From assembly GCF_009914755.1 (NCBI RefSeq), contig NC_060932.1: a stretch of 64,000 nucleotides of DNA. The stretch is one strand, 5' to 3'. The notes beneath the pieces are model-generated. The model searched no databases, had not been told where the DNA came from, and worked only from the letters and a program-made list of their open reading frames with translations. A program made the position numbers and the translations under genes. This DNA is from the human T2T-CHM13v2.0 reference genome, Homo sapiens. Shown here piece after piece: positions 1 to 15,420 of this stretch (its first letter is position 1; each line of letters starts with the position of its first letter).

Positions 1-2500
1 TCTATCTTGCACTGTCACGTCACTGGGGTGTTGAAGATTTCTGTTATTATTGTGGGATTGTCTATGTCTTTTTATAAGCCAAGAAGAGCTTATTTTATGA
101 ACCTGGGTGCTCCAATGTTGGATATATATATATATATATATATGATAGTTAAGTCTTCTTGTTGGATTGTACTCTTTATCATTATATAATGCCCTTTATT
201 ATCTTTCTTAATATTTGTTGGTTTAAAGTATGTTTTTCCTGACATGCGATTAGCAACTCCTGCTCTTTTACTTTTCTGTTTGCATGGTATAATTTTCTCT
301 GTCTCTTTAATCTGAGCATGTGGATGCTGTTACATGTGAGATGGATCTCTTGAAGGGAAAAGATGTTGGATCTTGTCTTTTTATCTAGCTGGCCACTCTG
401 TGTCTTTTAAGTGATGTTAATTGGGTTAAGTGATGCTTAACCCAATTACATTCAAGATAGTATTAACGTGTGTGATTTTCATTCTTGTCATTGTGTTGTT
501 AGCTGGTTGTTATGTAGAATTGATTGTGTACTTACATTATAGTGCCTGTGGATTATGTGTTTATTTAAGTGTGTTTTTGTGGTAGCAGGTGTCATTCTTT
601 TGGTTTTATGTTTAGCACTCCCTTAAGGACCTCTTGTAATGCTGGTCTAGTTGAAACAAATTCCCTCAGCATTTGCTTGTTTGAGAAGGATATTTTCTCT
701 CCTTCACTTATGAAGCTTAGTTTGGTGCAATATGAAACTCTTCGTTGATTTTTTTTTCTTGAAGAATGCTGAAAATAGGCCTCCAATCTCTTCTGGCTTG
801 TAAGGTTTCTGCTGACAGATCTGCTGCTGGCCTGATGGGATTCCCTCTGTATGTGATTTGACCCTTCTCTTTAGCTGCCTCTAAGATTTTTTTTCTTTTG
901 CATTAACTTTGGAAATCTGATGATTATGTGCCTGAAGGATGGTCATCTTGTATAGTACTAGCTAGGGCTATTTGTATTTATTGCATTTGAATGTCAACCT
1001 CTGTAGTAAGTTAAGAAAATTTTCATAAACTATATTCTTATATATTTTCCAAGTTGCTTACTCTCGCTCCTCTCTCAGGAATGCCAATGAGGTGTAGATT
1101 TGATCTCTTTGCATAATTTTATAGTTTTCAAAGTTTTCATTAATTTTTTAAAATGATTTTTCTTTATTTTTGTCTGAGTTGTTCTGAAGAACTGGTCTTT
1201 GAGATCTGAGATCCTTTTATTAGCTTGGCCTATTTTGTAGTTAATACTGCTTTTGTATTATTAAATTCTTGCATTAAATTTTTCAGCTCTAGAAGTTCAG
1301 TTTGGTTCTTTCTTAAAATGGCTGTTTCATCTTTCACCTCTGGGATCATTTTACTGGATTCCTTGGATCGGGTTTCAACTTTCTCCTGAATCTCAGTGTG
1401 CTTTCTTGCCATCCAGATTCTGAATTTTGTGTCTGTCATTTCAGTGATTTCAGACTGGTTAAGAGCTATTGCCAGTGAACCCATTTGGAGGTAAGAGGAC
1501 ACTAGCTTTTCCAGTTGCCAGAGTTCTTGTGCTGATTCTTGCTCATCTGGGAGAATTGGTGTTTCTTTACTGAGGTATCAGTTGAGTACCATCAGTTGGC
1601 TTCAATTTTAGATGCTTTCAGAGTGTCAGGGCTCTGTATGGTATCTTTATGTGTAGGTAAATTCTTGCACTTGTTTTCATATGAGCATATAATTAGCAAG
1701 ATAATTTTTGATGTTGTAGTTTGGGCTGCAATCCAGTAGATGGCACTTAAGAGTAATGTCCAGTAGCTAGACTAATACCCAGTAGTGCAGCTCTTTTGTA
1801 CTTCCTGGCATTCACATGTGAGGTCTGCAGTGGAGGTGGAAAAAGATGGTCCCCTCAGGTCCACTCCTGGGCCTTGGTGGAGCCTCCTCTGATCTCTGAT
1901 GCTGCAAGTTCATTTTTTTTTTTAGGTGTTACGGGTAATGGGACCCACTCAGGCAGCAGCTATGGCAGGTAGGTATGCCACACCTTTCTGGACTAGCCCT
2001 GTGGAGGGAGACATGCCCTGCTCTAGATCTGGCCTAAGAATCCATGCATCTTGTCCCCTCTCAGTTCTATGAGGGTGAAGGCTCCTCCCTGTTGCTCAAA
2101 TGCCTGCCACAAATTTCATATTCCTGAGCTATGAACTGCAGCCTAGAGGCACTGTGGCATCTTACAGCTTGGGGTCAGGTTTTGGCTGCACTGGGGGATC
2201 CAATTTGCTCTTGGGTTACCAGGAAAGTACTCAGGTGAAACAATGCACTTATGTTGAGTTTCAGAAGCTGTGCTATGTACACATTCACCCAAGGTGGCTA
2301 GGCATGGTCCCTTTTAGAACAGACATACCCCAGTCCCACAGGGAAGCTAGCCCCACTCTCTACTGGCTTGGAGGTCAGCTGGGAAAAGCCCCTCACAGAG
2401 GGGGATAGAGAGCTCTGGGAAATGTGCATCTGTGGCCTCTCTCTGCCTGAGCTGCCTATCAAAAAATCTCCTAAGCTCTATGCCATCTGATACTGTCCAA
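1..2500 (-). mobile_element. LINE-1 5' portion (5'UTR, decayed ORF1, start of ORF2 endonuclease), L1PB/L1MA-like; continues off the left edge
   Basis: Minus ORF 592-786 reads KLSFISEGEKISFSNKQMLREFVSTRPALQEVLKGVLN (ORF1p C-terminus). Minus ORF 1230-1502 reads EMTDTKFRIWMARKH...ILRKNQTELLELKN (ORF1p coiled coil). 1-590 resembles antisense endonuclease sequence, and about 1750-2480 is a GC-richer 5'UTR-like segment. Confidence 0.9.
122..143. repeat. (TA)n microsatellite
   Basis: Pure TA dinucleotide run. Confidence 0.95.
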
Positions 2501-3559
2501 CTGTATGTCTTTTTTGAATTCTAATATTGTATGCTTTCTTGATGCAATGTAAACAAAATACAGTTTTTTTGCACGTTAGAAAAACAAGATAGAGAAAAAT
2601 CATTTTATACATGATAGATATTTCAAAGATTTAGTCACATTGATATTTAAATTATATTTTCTATTTACACAGGAGGGTGAAATTTGGTCAAGACCTGCTC
2701 ATATTTATTCAGCTAAAGTAACAACTAAGGACTTATTATCTCTAGCTTAAAGTCAAATTTTACTTTTTATTACTTCAAAAAAAATTCAGAGATTCTTGAT
2801 AGATTATGGGTTTCCTCCTCACTTTCAATAATAGTGAAGAGCATTTATTTGATTAAAAAGTAATGGCCAGCTGCCAGAGAATTATGTCGACAATTTATAA
2901 AGGTAGATCAAATTTATCTGGAAAAAAATGTTGCCTGGAGTCTTTTCCAAATGAATATAACACAGGAATGTGGCAGAACTCCTTGTAAATAAAACCAAAC
3001 AAAAGAAGCTTACATCAGCTCCTACTTTCAAATGGAATTGGAAGCTAAGTTCACACTGGGAAAGTAAAGGTACAACAAGTAATTAGCACATTAAACAGTG
3101 AAGATATCACTCATCATAGACATCTGAAAGCCCTCATGTACAATCTGTAGAGAACAAGGGAATAAACTCATTTGTAAAGATACAGAAAAAATGGAAGATG
3201 GATTAACAAAGGATTAGTGAATATTGTCATATTTTGAAAAATCATGATACAAACAATGTTTCTTAGACCCTAAGAATTACTCAAGATCCCAAGTTATGAT
3301 TCAAATATCACTCCACCCCAAAATTTCAAGGATCAACTTAATTCAGTATATATTTTTAGAGCACGGAATTTAATGTGCTCTTTCATTTTTCCACCTGCAA
3401 TTTGTTCCTCAGTCTGTCTTTTCTTATGTGCTTCATCTAGTTCTATTAAAAATCCCTGCTCATTTTCCCATGTGATTGAAAGGAACACTAATTCACTCTT
3501 TTCAATATGAACTTGTCACTACTTCATGAGCCCCAGCAAAGACACATTTTCCTTAGCTG

Positions 3560-4050
3560 TCTATATCAATATGAATCCTGGCAGAAAACAGATGCTGTAT
3601 GTATTGGGTAACATGAGAAAAGCTTATTAAGAGATTATTTACTAAGTTGTAGGCAGAGTATTTATTTTTATAACCACTTGAGTAGTGGGTAGTTATAAAA
3701 ATACTTACCTCTAGGTCTGAACAGGCAAGGGAAGAGAGCAGTTTCTAGATCGCAGAAGGATACAGTCACATTCAAAGGGGCTATCCAGTCACATTCTTAT
3801 GTCAAGGGATTTAGTCCAACCAAGGCAGCCACACAGGTAAGGAGCTGGGTGATTTAATATTTCAACCTTACTCTTCTCTTTTTTACCATTCTCTCCCTGG
3901 GGCTCTCTAGCAAACAAATCAAATCTGAAGGCAGATAAAAAGGGAGTCTCTTGATGTAGCTCCTATAGGTAAGCTCACGGAGATCCAGAATATTGTGAAG
4001 AAGGGTAGAGAGAGTAGAGACTAAATCGGAAGGAACAAATAGAAGACATT
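3560..4050 (-). mobile_element. Old ERVL LTR, LTR33-like
   Basis: 'cctggcagaaaacagatg...ttattaagagattatttact' at the left end and 'gggtagagag...ggaaggaacaaatagaagacat' at the right end. It resembles the reverse complement of the element at 36900-37296. Confidence 0.55.
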
Positions 4051-4504
4051 CTTTAGATTTTAGAGATAGTAATGTGAAATTTATTAGTCCTGTTGTGAGG
4101 TTAGAGAAATTAAGGCTACTATAATACAGAATAGAACAATAAAATTATATGTAAATATGATGGTTTCCAAGTCCTCAATGAAAGCCTTAGGTGAACTGCT
4201 TCACAGAGTTTCCCTTTTGTCAATGTCTCCAGCTTCTAATATTAAATCTACAATTTCAATTTTATATCTAAGAATGTTATTTTCAAACCACACTCCTTGT
4301 ACTTACAGGATTATTCTCCTCACAATATTCATCCTTCTTCCCACAAGTATGTTTCTCATTAATATTCCTGAAATAACACACAGAAGGCTGCAGTAGAAAT
4401 GTGAATGGGGCATGAAGGCACTTTGACTAATAACTACTTGAAGGTCTCTCCACCCAGGTATACTTGCATAGTTATCAGTTGGTAGACAGGTAACTGTAGC
4501 ATTC

Positions 4505-4562
4505 ATCACACATAAATACACACAAACACATAGTCACACATATATATGCACATGCACACACA
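4505..4562. repeat. Degenerate (CA)n/(TA)n tract
   Basis: 'cacacataaatacacacaaacacatagtcacacatatatatgcacatgcacacac'. Confidence 0.8.
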
Positions 4563-5994
4563 AGTAAAATCCTGATTTCTCTACAACACTACAGTATAAA
4601 CCACGAGGAGAAAAATAAGCATTTTTCCCAACTGAGACATATTTAAACCTCATAATTATCAAGGTCAGATTTCTCACAATGGAATTATTACTTTTCATTG
4701 CCATTCAGAACCATTTTGTTTATCTCCAACTTCCCTCTATATTCAAATAATGCCCTTTTGAGATTACAAATAAAAAAATAGAACCATTATTGCATCATAC
4801 ACAACAGAAGATTGTTTATCTAGGAATCAGAACACCAGAATCATCCCAATAACATAGTTCATCTGTTATTTAATCCATTTAACACAAACAAATAACAACA
4901 AAAAATGGTGTAAAAATAATTTAAGAATTCTGTGCTCTACAGCACAGTGTATGGAATGACATCTGCTCAACTGTAAATTACCACTTAGGAATATCAGTGG
5001 CCCAACCTTTACCAGGTGAGCTGAGAAACACAGATCATACAGATGGATAAAAGTTATTTTACGGTGAAATTAAAAATACCAAAGCTGTTATAGAACTAAC
5101 ATAACAATAAAGACATCACAGCTGTTCAAATTATGTTACTATATTCTTATATGTAGATCAACAAGTTTTCATCAATGATATCTGCATATATTTGCTATTA
5201 TTAAGTTATTATTATATCATTTTAATTTCATATTAGTTTATATTAAAATTTCAAATGCCTAAATAAGAAATAAAAAAAAATTAACACATTTGCACAATTA
5301 TGTTTATAACACTAAATGTTATCTATTATAGGTATGGTTTTTATTTTAACATTTTCAGTAAACTTAATGTTTTTGATTCCTGGAAAATATTGCCATATTT
5401 AATATATTCTTCACTTGATTCGTAGAGCATGCATATTTCTACTTAATATGAGATTACTTATGACATATACATTTTAAACAAATTTTTTATTCCATCTCAT
5501 GTCCCATATTATACACCATGCTTTCTGTGTTGAGCTTTTTTGTTTGTTTGACTGATTCATTGATTGATTTATATCAGTCTACGTTTGGGAGTTTAAAAGA
5601 TAGGTTTCAGGAAACATAAATCTGAAAATGGTCAGGTAAAATATTGCTAAAGTGCTTTTAAATAACGGCTTTTGAAAAGCTGAAGACCTGTTTAAAATTT
5701 GGAATTAATAGATTTGTGCTTAGTTTAAGTACTTAGACAAGGGGTGGAACTCTTTCTCAGTCCCTGAGCAAGAAGTATTCCATTTTTCTAATTAAAAAAA
5801 ATAAAAAGAAAATAGAAGGAGAAGAACCCAAGCCATGAATAGAGATTGATTTATTTATTGAAAAGGCTTACTCTACCTACATTAAATCTATAACTTAAAG
5901 AAGTGACCAAAGAAACAAATGAACAAACAAAAAAGAACTACTTTGTAAAGCCAGCAAATGAACATAACATTATTTGCTTTTCCTTCCTCCAAGT

Positions 5995-6480
5995 CATCAA
6001 AAGTGGTATGGTACAGGAAGAAAAAAGAATTATCAATACTTTAGCCTGATATTGTCATATGCTAGTTGTATTCTTTGAGAAAAAATGATTTAATTTATTT
6101 GAAATTGTTTCAATTATTCATTTATTCATTATAAAACCATTTATTAGAAAGCAAATAGTTACTGGAGACACAGCAGTGTTCCTGAGGATTTACTTTAGTT
6201 GGGAAAGGAGAAATTGCAAAATTAATAATACATATAGTAATTTAACTAAGTAGTAATTAAGTGTTGTGTAAAACAGGTATTGGGAACCAAGAGGGCATAG
6301 AAAATCAGTATCCTATTTAGAGAATTAAGGGAAAGTGTTCACAAAGAGACAACCTTTAAGTTATCTTTGAAGGTAAAGTAAAAATGAATCTCACAAAGAG
6401 TTTCTTAATGGAGAATATTCAGATCATCAGATGATCTTATATGCATAGTACCTTAATAGGTAAGGAAGATGACCATGCAA
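5995..6480. mobile_element. MIR fragment (+, about 5995-6110) followed by an L2 3' fragment (-, about 6110-6480)
   Basis: MIR core-like 'tcatatgctagttgtattctttgagaaaaaatgatttaa'. L2 tail-like 'ttcatttattcat...catttatt...tactggagacacagcagtg'. Both are heavily diverged. Confidence 0.4.
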
Positions 6481-6535
6481 GTTTAATACATAAAAAGAAG
6501 TCCAAAGAAGAAGTGTAATGAGAAATTAATACTTG

Positions 6536-6612
6536 TAGTTCTGTGTGTATTTTCCTTGAAATCAGTAAATAAAAATTTTAGTTCTGTGCATTTTTTCCAT
6601 GAAATTAGTAAA
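6536..6612. repeat. Diverged direct duplication of about 34 bp
   Basis: tagttctgtgtgtattttccttgaaatcagtaaa (6536-6569) versus tagttctgtgcattttttccatgaaattagtaaa (6579-6612). Confidence 0.85.
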
Positions 6613-8259
6613 CACAGGAGAAAGTATAAATAAATCCTTTCCAAAGGTTTATAGATTTTTATAGTTCATCACAAGTAAAACACAATCTCTAACAAAATTC
6701 TAAGGACAATTTTTACAGGAATAGAATAAAACAATTCTAAAATGTATATCAAATCACAAAAGGCCCTGAATAGTCAAAGAAATCTTGAGCAAAAAGAACA
6801 AAGAACCAGATATTACATTACCTAATTTCAAAATATACTCTAAAGCTGTAGTAATCAAAATAGCATGGTATTGATTTAAAACAAACACAGACCAATGGAA
6901 TGGAATAGACAGCACAGAAATATATCCATGCACTTACAGCCAACTGATGTTCAACAGAGATGTCAAGGGCAGAGAATGAAGAAAGGACAACATCATCAAT
7001 AAACAGCATGGAGAAAACCGAATATCCACAGGCAGAAAAATAAAATTATCTTATCCTGCAAACAAAAATAATCCCAAAATAAAGACTTAAATGTACTATC
7101 TGAAACTATAAAACCACTAGAATAAAGCTTAGGAGAAAAGCTTCTTGACATTTGGATATGACCCCAAAAGCACAAGCAAAAAAAGCAAAGTTAGACAAAT
7201 GAGATTGTATCGAGCTAAAAGGCTTCTGCGCAGAAAAGGAAACAATCAATAGAGTGCAAAGACAACCTACAGAATGGGAGAAAATATCTGAAAACCATAC
7301 ATCTGATAAGAGGTTAACACACAAAATATGTAAATAATTCAAAGAAGTCATAGCAAGAAGACAAATAAGCCAAATAAAAAATTGGTAAAGAACCTAAAAA
7401 GACATTTCTCAAAAGAAGTTATACAAATAGACAACAAGTACATGAGAAATTGCTTGACATCACAAATTATCAAGAAAATACAAATTAGAATCAAAATGAG
7501 ATATCATTTCACACCTGTTAAAATGGTTATTATCAAAAGACAAATTATAACAAGTGTTGGCAAAGATGTGGAGAAATTGGAACCCTTTTTCAATGTTGGT
7601 GGAAATGCAAATTAGCATAAGGATTACATAAAAGTAGAAGTTTCTCAAAAAATTAAAAATAGGATTACCTTATCATCCAGCAAAGCTACTACTGGGTATA
7701 TATTCAAAGGAAATGGAATCAGTAGATTGAAAAGATATTTGTATTTTCTCATGTTCATTGCAGCATTATTCACAGTAGCATTATTCACATATTCCAAGAT
7801 ATGAAATCAACCCAAGTGTCCATCAACAGATGAATAAAGAAAATGTGGTATATGTACATACAATGGAATTCAGCCTTTATAAAAAAGGAAATCCTGTAAC
7901 GTGCAACAACATAAGTACACCTGGAGAACATTATGTTAAGTGAAATAAGCCAGGCACAGAAAAGATAAAGACCATGTGATCTCACTAATATGTGGAATCT
8001 GAAAAAGTCAAACTCCTAGAAACAGAGAGTAAGATGGTGGTTCCCAGAGTCTGAGGTGTGGGAAAATTAGAGAGATAAGAGATACTGGTCAAATAATACA
8101 AAATTTCAGCTAGACAGGAGAAATATGTTCAGGGGAACCGCTATACAACATGGTGACTATCATTAATAACAACAGATTATATACTCGAAAATTGCTCCAA
8201 CAGTAGATTTTGAAGGTTCTCACTCCTCCCCCCGCCCAAAAAAAAAAAAAAAGATAAGT

Positions 8260-9089
<830 letters not shown>

Positions 9090-9277
9090 TTAGTCATTCT
9101 ACAACATTTACATATATCAAAACATGTTTACACCATAAATATACACAACTTTTATATGTCAATTAAAAATAATTATAGACCACCCCCAGATATGAGAAAA
9201 AAATTAAAATAAAGCTTTATATGATGACATGCTTCTTTCTCTAAGTTTAAATACATTTTTTTTAAGTAATTAAAATA

Positions 9278-9576
<299 letters not shown>

Positions 9577-10930
9577 AAGTAATTAAAATAGAATTTTTTG
9601 TCTCCATTCTAAAATAAAATGCCTTAGTCTTACTCTATTACAATTTCACTTTTTTTTTTCTTATTTTACCACAATGGTATTAATGCCATTTTGTCAACAG
9701 GTTGAGATTACTTTCATAACTGTTCAAGATCAGCATATGAGATACACTGTTTAACTAATTAGTAAACTCCATTTCCATTTTAGGACCCAGTTTGTGTTTT
9801 TCACAATAAAGCATAGATCAGAACATGTTTCAGAAATACTAGCTTCCATATTAAGACTTCTTTTAACTGATATTTTATTATTATGTTTGATATTTTTAAA
9901 CATTTGAATATTAGAGCTTCCATACAAAAAAAGAATCTTACATTAGGTCTTCTTTATCATAACCAATTGACAAATGCTGGTCTGATTTTAAAAGCTCAAG
10001 AACTGACTGGTGCCTTTGTACTTCTTTATATGTAATTTGTTTTACTTTATTTCATTGAATGTGCTTTTTGTTTAGCTTAGTCTCTTTTCATACTGTTTAG
10101 TCTCCTTGCATAACCTATGATTTTTCTCTCTACTCATATAAGCTGGAGAACATCCACACAGTACCTTTTAGAATAAGCCTTTGAGATACTTTAAATTGTA
10201 AACTGTCAGGAAGAAAATGATACAAAGTATGAAGAATTTCCTTTTTCATCAGAACTATGGTGGATGGATTAGCAATCTGGGAACTCTTTGAAAGGTAAAA
10301 GAAAAAATAACTTACAATAAAGTATTATAAAATAAATATATATGCAATGAAAACAAGGTGATGGACAAAAATAAATTCTCTTGGTTGGGACTGCTGTCCT
10401 TTATTTATATATTGGAAGATAGAAATTTTCACAATATCTCATTCTGAGCTAGTCTACCATCAGCAATATAGAATTTAACATTATCATTTTCAGTGTGTCC
10501 TATATTCCATGCTCTGAGCCAGTCTACTGAACAAATGCTGCAGACTTGGTGCTGTTTACATAATCAATTGTGAACAAGTAAAACTTTTTATTTGTATTTA
10601 ACTCAAAATGTGTACTTCTGAGCTCCCATTCTTCTGGACAAGAGGGATCATTTTTTAAATTCATAACAAATAGTTTATACTAAGTACTTTCTGAACAATC
10701 CTATCCACTCCCTTGTAAGGTTGTACCCAATTTTAAGCAATACTTGCAAATGGAGGAGTGGGGATGGTGAAGTACTAATACAATCCCTAACCAATCTTTC
10801 ACTTGAAAAATTTCCTTGAGGCTTTCATTATCCCTATACACACCACCCCTTCAAGTCTTCTGAATGACTGCTACCTTCTTGCCACTTAGTTGACACGGAG
10901 ACCTTTTGAGATGCTCTATATGGGCCTGTA

Positions 10931-11001
10931 TAAACTCCTTTTCAAGTATCTCATATATACATCTATTAGTCCTGTCCCTCTAGAGAACCCTGACTAATAC
11001 A
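10931..11001 (+). mobile_element. 3'-terminal stub of an MLT2 (ERVL) LTR
   Basis: 'ctattagtcctgtccctctagagaaccctgactaataca' is the characteristic MLT2 3' end. Confidence 0.8.
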
Positions 11002-12048
11002 CTCTGCATCTGACAAGGCTTTAATACCCAGAATATATAAAAAACACAAATAACTCAATGGTGGAAAAAATAACAATTAAAAATGGACAATAGATCTGAA
11101 TAGAATTTTCTCAGAACATACAAATGAGCAACAGATATATGAAAAAATGTTTAATATTACTAATCATCAGGGGAGTACAAGTCAAAATCACAATGAGATA
11201 TCACCTCACCCCAGTTAGAATGGTTAGTATCAAAAAGACAAAAAATAACAAATGCTGGTGAAGATGTGGGAAAGAGGAACTCATACATTGTTGGTGGGGA
11301 TGTACATGAGTATTAGCATTGTGGAAAATAGAATGGAGGTTCTTTAAAAACTAAAAATAGCACTACAAATGATCCAATAACCCCGCTATCACACATCTAT
11401 CCAAAACAAAAATGAAATCAGCATGTTAAAGAGATATCTGCACTCCTACGTTTACTGCAGCACTATTCACAATAGCCAAGACATGGAATCAACCTAAGAT
11501 TTCGATTGATAAATAAAATGTGGTATACGTACACAATACAATATTCTTCAGCCACAAAAAGAACAAAGTCCTGTCATTTGCAACAACATGAGTGGACCCA
11601 GAGAACATTATGTTAAGTGAAATAAGCCAAACACAGCAGGACAAATACCGCATGATCTCACTTATACCTGGAACCTAAAAAAAATGAGCCTATAGAAAGA
11701 GAGGGAAATGTGGGTTACAAGAGGCTGGGGAAAGTAAGGGTAGGGTATGAAGAGAGATTGGTCAAGGACTACAAAGTTAAAGTTAGAAAGGAGGAATAAG
11801 TTCTGATGTTTTGATGCACAGTAGGGTAACTAGAGTCAACAATAATTGTCTTCTTCAAAATCTCTAGAAAAGTGGATTTTGAATGTTCTCATCACAAAGA
11901 AATGATAAGAGGTTGAGGTGAGGAATATGCTAATTACCCTGACTTGATCATAACGCACTGTATGTATATATTGAAACATCACACTGTACTCCATAAATAT
12001 GTACAATTATTATGAGCTAATTACAAATAAAATAAAAACAAAAAATAA
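11002..12048 (+). mobile_element. L1MA-type 3' fragment
   Basis: 'atctgacaagg..ttaatacccagaatatata', 'atgagatatcacctcaccccagttagaatgg', an L1MA 3'UTR and the A-rich tail 'aaataaaataaaaacaaaaaataaa'. Confidence 0.9.
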
Positions 12049-12559
12049 ATCAAGATCTGGTCCAGCAAAGAGTAGCATCATTAATTTGGGATTATTCTAA
12101 AGTGGGTTATGAGAATTTCTAATTTGCCAATTTCAAATGTCCTCAAGTGTTTTTGTGTGACAAAACAGCACTCATTATTAAGTGTATTCCCTAAAGACTG
12201 TGCTGTATTGACATGTTAAAAAAATCCAGATGTCTTCCTTTTCTTTTAACATAGGTGAATAGGAAGTTTAAATCTATGCACATTCTTGGAGACATTACAT
12301 GAGCCAAATGAAAGAACAGTCCTTTTTCAAAAGAGTTTGTAATCATGTAAATTTCAGTGATAGATTTGTACTAGATTAGGACTCAAATATTAACTGCTAC
12401 TGCTGTTCAAAGACTTTCTCTATTTTTATGCTTATATGTGTAGGTTTCTTGATATCTGGAGGATATACTTGCAAATTCATATAGCCATAAACAAAAACTT
12501 AAAAAATGTATTGTAAATAATGTCATTAATTTTTATATTTCTTTAAACTTTAGAAGCAC

Positions 12560-12752
12560 TTTTATGAAAATTATTTATACTTCATATTCACAATGACCCT
12601 GTGTTCACAATGACTCTGTGAGATAATTAGAGGAAGTATTTTTTCTCCACTTTTAGATGTTAAATAGAGATTCAAGGGTAAGTTTTTATCTGTGGTCACA
12701 TAATCAATAATGGAACCACTGGCCTCTCAATACAATTTCTGACTCCAAATGT
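12560..12752 (-). mobile_element. MIR SINE with an internal 17-bp tandem duplication
   Basis: 'ttcacaatgaccctgtg ttcacaatgactctgtg ag...ctccacttttagatg...ggtcaca...tctgactccaaa'. Confidence 0.7.
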
Positions 12753-12767
12753 TGTTTACAATAGAGC

Positions 12768-12920
12768 ACTTGCTCTCAAATGTTGATGTGCACTAGAATC
12801 ACCCAGGGAACTTGTTAAAATGGAGATTACCTTGGTCACTCAGAGGTTCTAATTTATAGTCTGGATGGGGGACATAAATATTAATTTTCAGTAAGAATTG
12901 GACCGCAGTTTGAGAAGCAT
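12768..12920. mobile_element. MER5-type hAT-Charlie MITE
   Basis: 'tctcaaa...tagaatcacccagggaacttgttaaaatg' and the terminal 'ggaccgcagtttgagaagca'. Confidence 0.7.
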
Positions 12921-13364
12921 ATTACACCATGTGACTAACAATAAGCATCCCATGTCATTGATACTTTTGTTACGTGAGAATGCAAATTTCATGAAAACCC
13001 CGGCTAAAAAAAATCTTTCTCACTATTTTATCCTAGGCATCTAAGCACCCAACAAACAGTATCACCTTTATAATTTACAGAGTAAATAAACACATCTAGA
13101 GTTATTGTATAGCATAACTTTAAGTGTACATGGTAGATTTTGTTTCATATGAACTAATTCTATTTTTTTCTCTATACCAAGTATATTTAACATAAATTGC
13201 TTTCAAACAGTTCAATAGCTTCAAAATTTACAGTCTGTGCTTTCATGCCTATATGCATGCTTCAGCCTTAAGAACTTTCACTTCTGTTCTCTTTATCTAG
13301 ATGGTTTTGTTTTTTGTGTACAAATAGCCACATGGCATCACTCTCCATTTATTGTCTTTTTTCT

Positions 13365-15420
13365 TTACATTATATTCTGAAAATTTTCAAACATACAGAA
13401 TGATAAATAGTAAATTGAAAATCCATATACACAGTATCTAGAATCTAAATTAATATTTCATTTGTCTTGTTTTAACATGTATCTGTCAATATTCTCATTT
13501 ATCAATCCATTCATCAATTTATCTTATTTTTGATGCATTTGAAATTAAGTTGCAGATATCAATGCACTCCTTTCTGGACATTTTAGCAAGTGTACACTTA
13601 GCTAGAGATTAATATTAGTTTTTTTTTCTTTTGAGATAAGCTTTTCATACAATGAAACACTCAAATGATAAGTGGATCATGTCAGGAATTTGACAATCAC
13701 TTATAACCCTTATGTAAACAAAAAATTTATTAAAGTACAGAACATTGCCATCACTCCAGAAAGTTCACACAAAAAGCTACCCAGTCAATAATGCCTATGC
13801 AACCTTCTTAGAAACAAACAGAACACTTATTTTTTTAGCCATAGAATTGTTGTGCCTCTTTAGAGCTTTATATAATTTGAATCATAGTATATTTGTGTAT
13901 TATTTTTCTCTCAGAATATTTTTAAGAATCATCTATGTAGTTGCCTATATTAGTAGTTTTTATCTTTTTTATTCTTGAATAGTATTCCATTATATGACTA
14001 TACCACAATTTTTCTATTTTTCTATTAATGAACACCTGGAATATTTCTAATTTTAGCTACTGTAAATAAAGTGGCTACATTTGTTTTTTGAACAAATATG
14101 TTGTGAATATTAATTCTCATCAGTTGAACCATTTTGATTGTACAACTTTACATGCAGATCAATGATTATGAGCTTCAATTGCTTCACATTCTCAAATACT
14201 TGATGATGTCTGTCTTGTTAATTTTAGCCATTTTGTGGGTATAAAGTGATCCTCATTGAGATAATGATATCTACTTCCTTAAAGGCTAATGATGTTAGTC
14301 TCATTTTCATGCCCTTATCAGTCATTTGTATATTTTCATTTGTGAAGTGGCTGCCCAAATCTGATAGTACGACAAATACCTGTACTTGTATGTTAAAACT
14401 TTTCTTACTGTTGCACAGGTATCTGAGGCTCTTAATTCTTAAAAATCTCTTCTTTAGTTTCTTTCAAATTAGATAATTCTCATTGGTCTGTTCTCATATT
14501 CACTCTTTCTTTTACCTTTTGTCGCCATTCTGCTCTTAATAAGAACATCTAGGAATTTTGTATGTCAATTACTATGATTTGCAATCTTAGACTTTTAGGT
14601 GGTTCATTTTAGTTTTAATTTCTTAGCGGAAAGTTTTCTATTTGCTTATTTATTACAAGTATATTTTTATTTATATATTTGCACATTGTTTTGATTACTA
14701 TTTTAAAATTCAGGCCTGTTAATCCCAACAACTGGATTATTCATCTCAATTTCTGAATTTTATTTTCTCTTACAAATAATTTTCCTGTTTCTTTATGTAA
14801 TGAGTAATTTTACATGGTGTCTTGAACATTGTAAGTGATATGTCTTAGAGACTTTCAGTTTTGTTATTGCTTTTGAGAAGTGCAGATTTTTGTTGTTTTT
14901 GCTGTTCATTTAGCAGAAATTTAACAAACTAAAACTACAACATCTTTGTATCTCTTTCAGCTCAATTTCTATTCACTTATTTTAGTTTCAGCTGTTATCC
15001 TTGAACTTTTCTCTATGCTTGCATGGTTCAGGGGTCTGTTAGAGATTTAGGTAGAGTATATTCACAGGAATTTTGACTCCTCTTTCTGGCTTTCATTTTT
15101 CCAGGATTCCCCATCCCCAAACCAACTTGTCAGAAGCTGTGGTTGCCCAAAACTCAGTTCTATGGTTCTTAGGCTGAAAAACCTGCAGATTCTCTATTAT
15201 AGTTTTATCTATCCCATGGTCCTACCTGGAAAAGTCCTCAAACTAAAAGATATAAAAACAAAAAAACTCATGCAGCACCATTCCCTTGTTCCTAGTATAC
15301 ACTCCCCTCCCATATCTGCATACCTTTTTTTTTTTCTGGCTTTCCAATGTTCTCATGTCATTGTTTCATAAATTATTTACAGTTTTTTGAAAGTTAATCC
15401 AATAGAAGCTTCTGGCAATG
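13365..15420 (-). mobile_element. Cluster of ancient L1M fragments (L1MD/L1ME 3' parts, then ORF1/HAL1-like sequence)
   Basis: 'tgaatagtattccattatatgactataccacaattt' and 'ttaattttagccattttgtgggtataaagtg' are antisense L1M 3' motifs. 14440-15420 is T-rich antisense ORF1/5'-like sequence. Confidence 0.65.

Noticed and set aside
2655-5020. Isolated splice-like signals (acceptor near 2672, donor CAG/GTGAG near 5013)
   Set aside because: They do not pair into a plausible exon with an open frame, and such motifs are frequent by chance.
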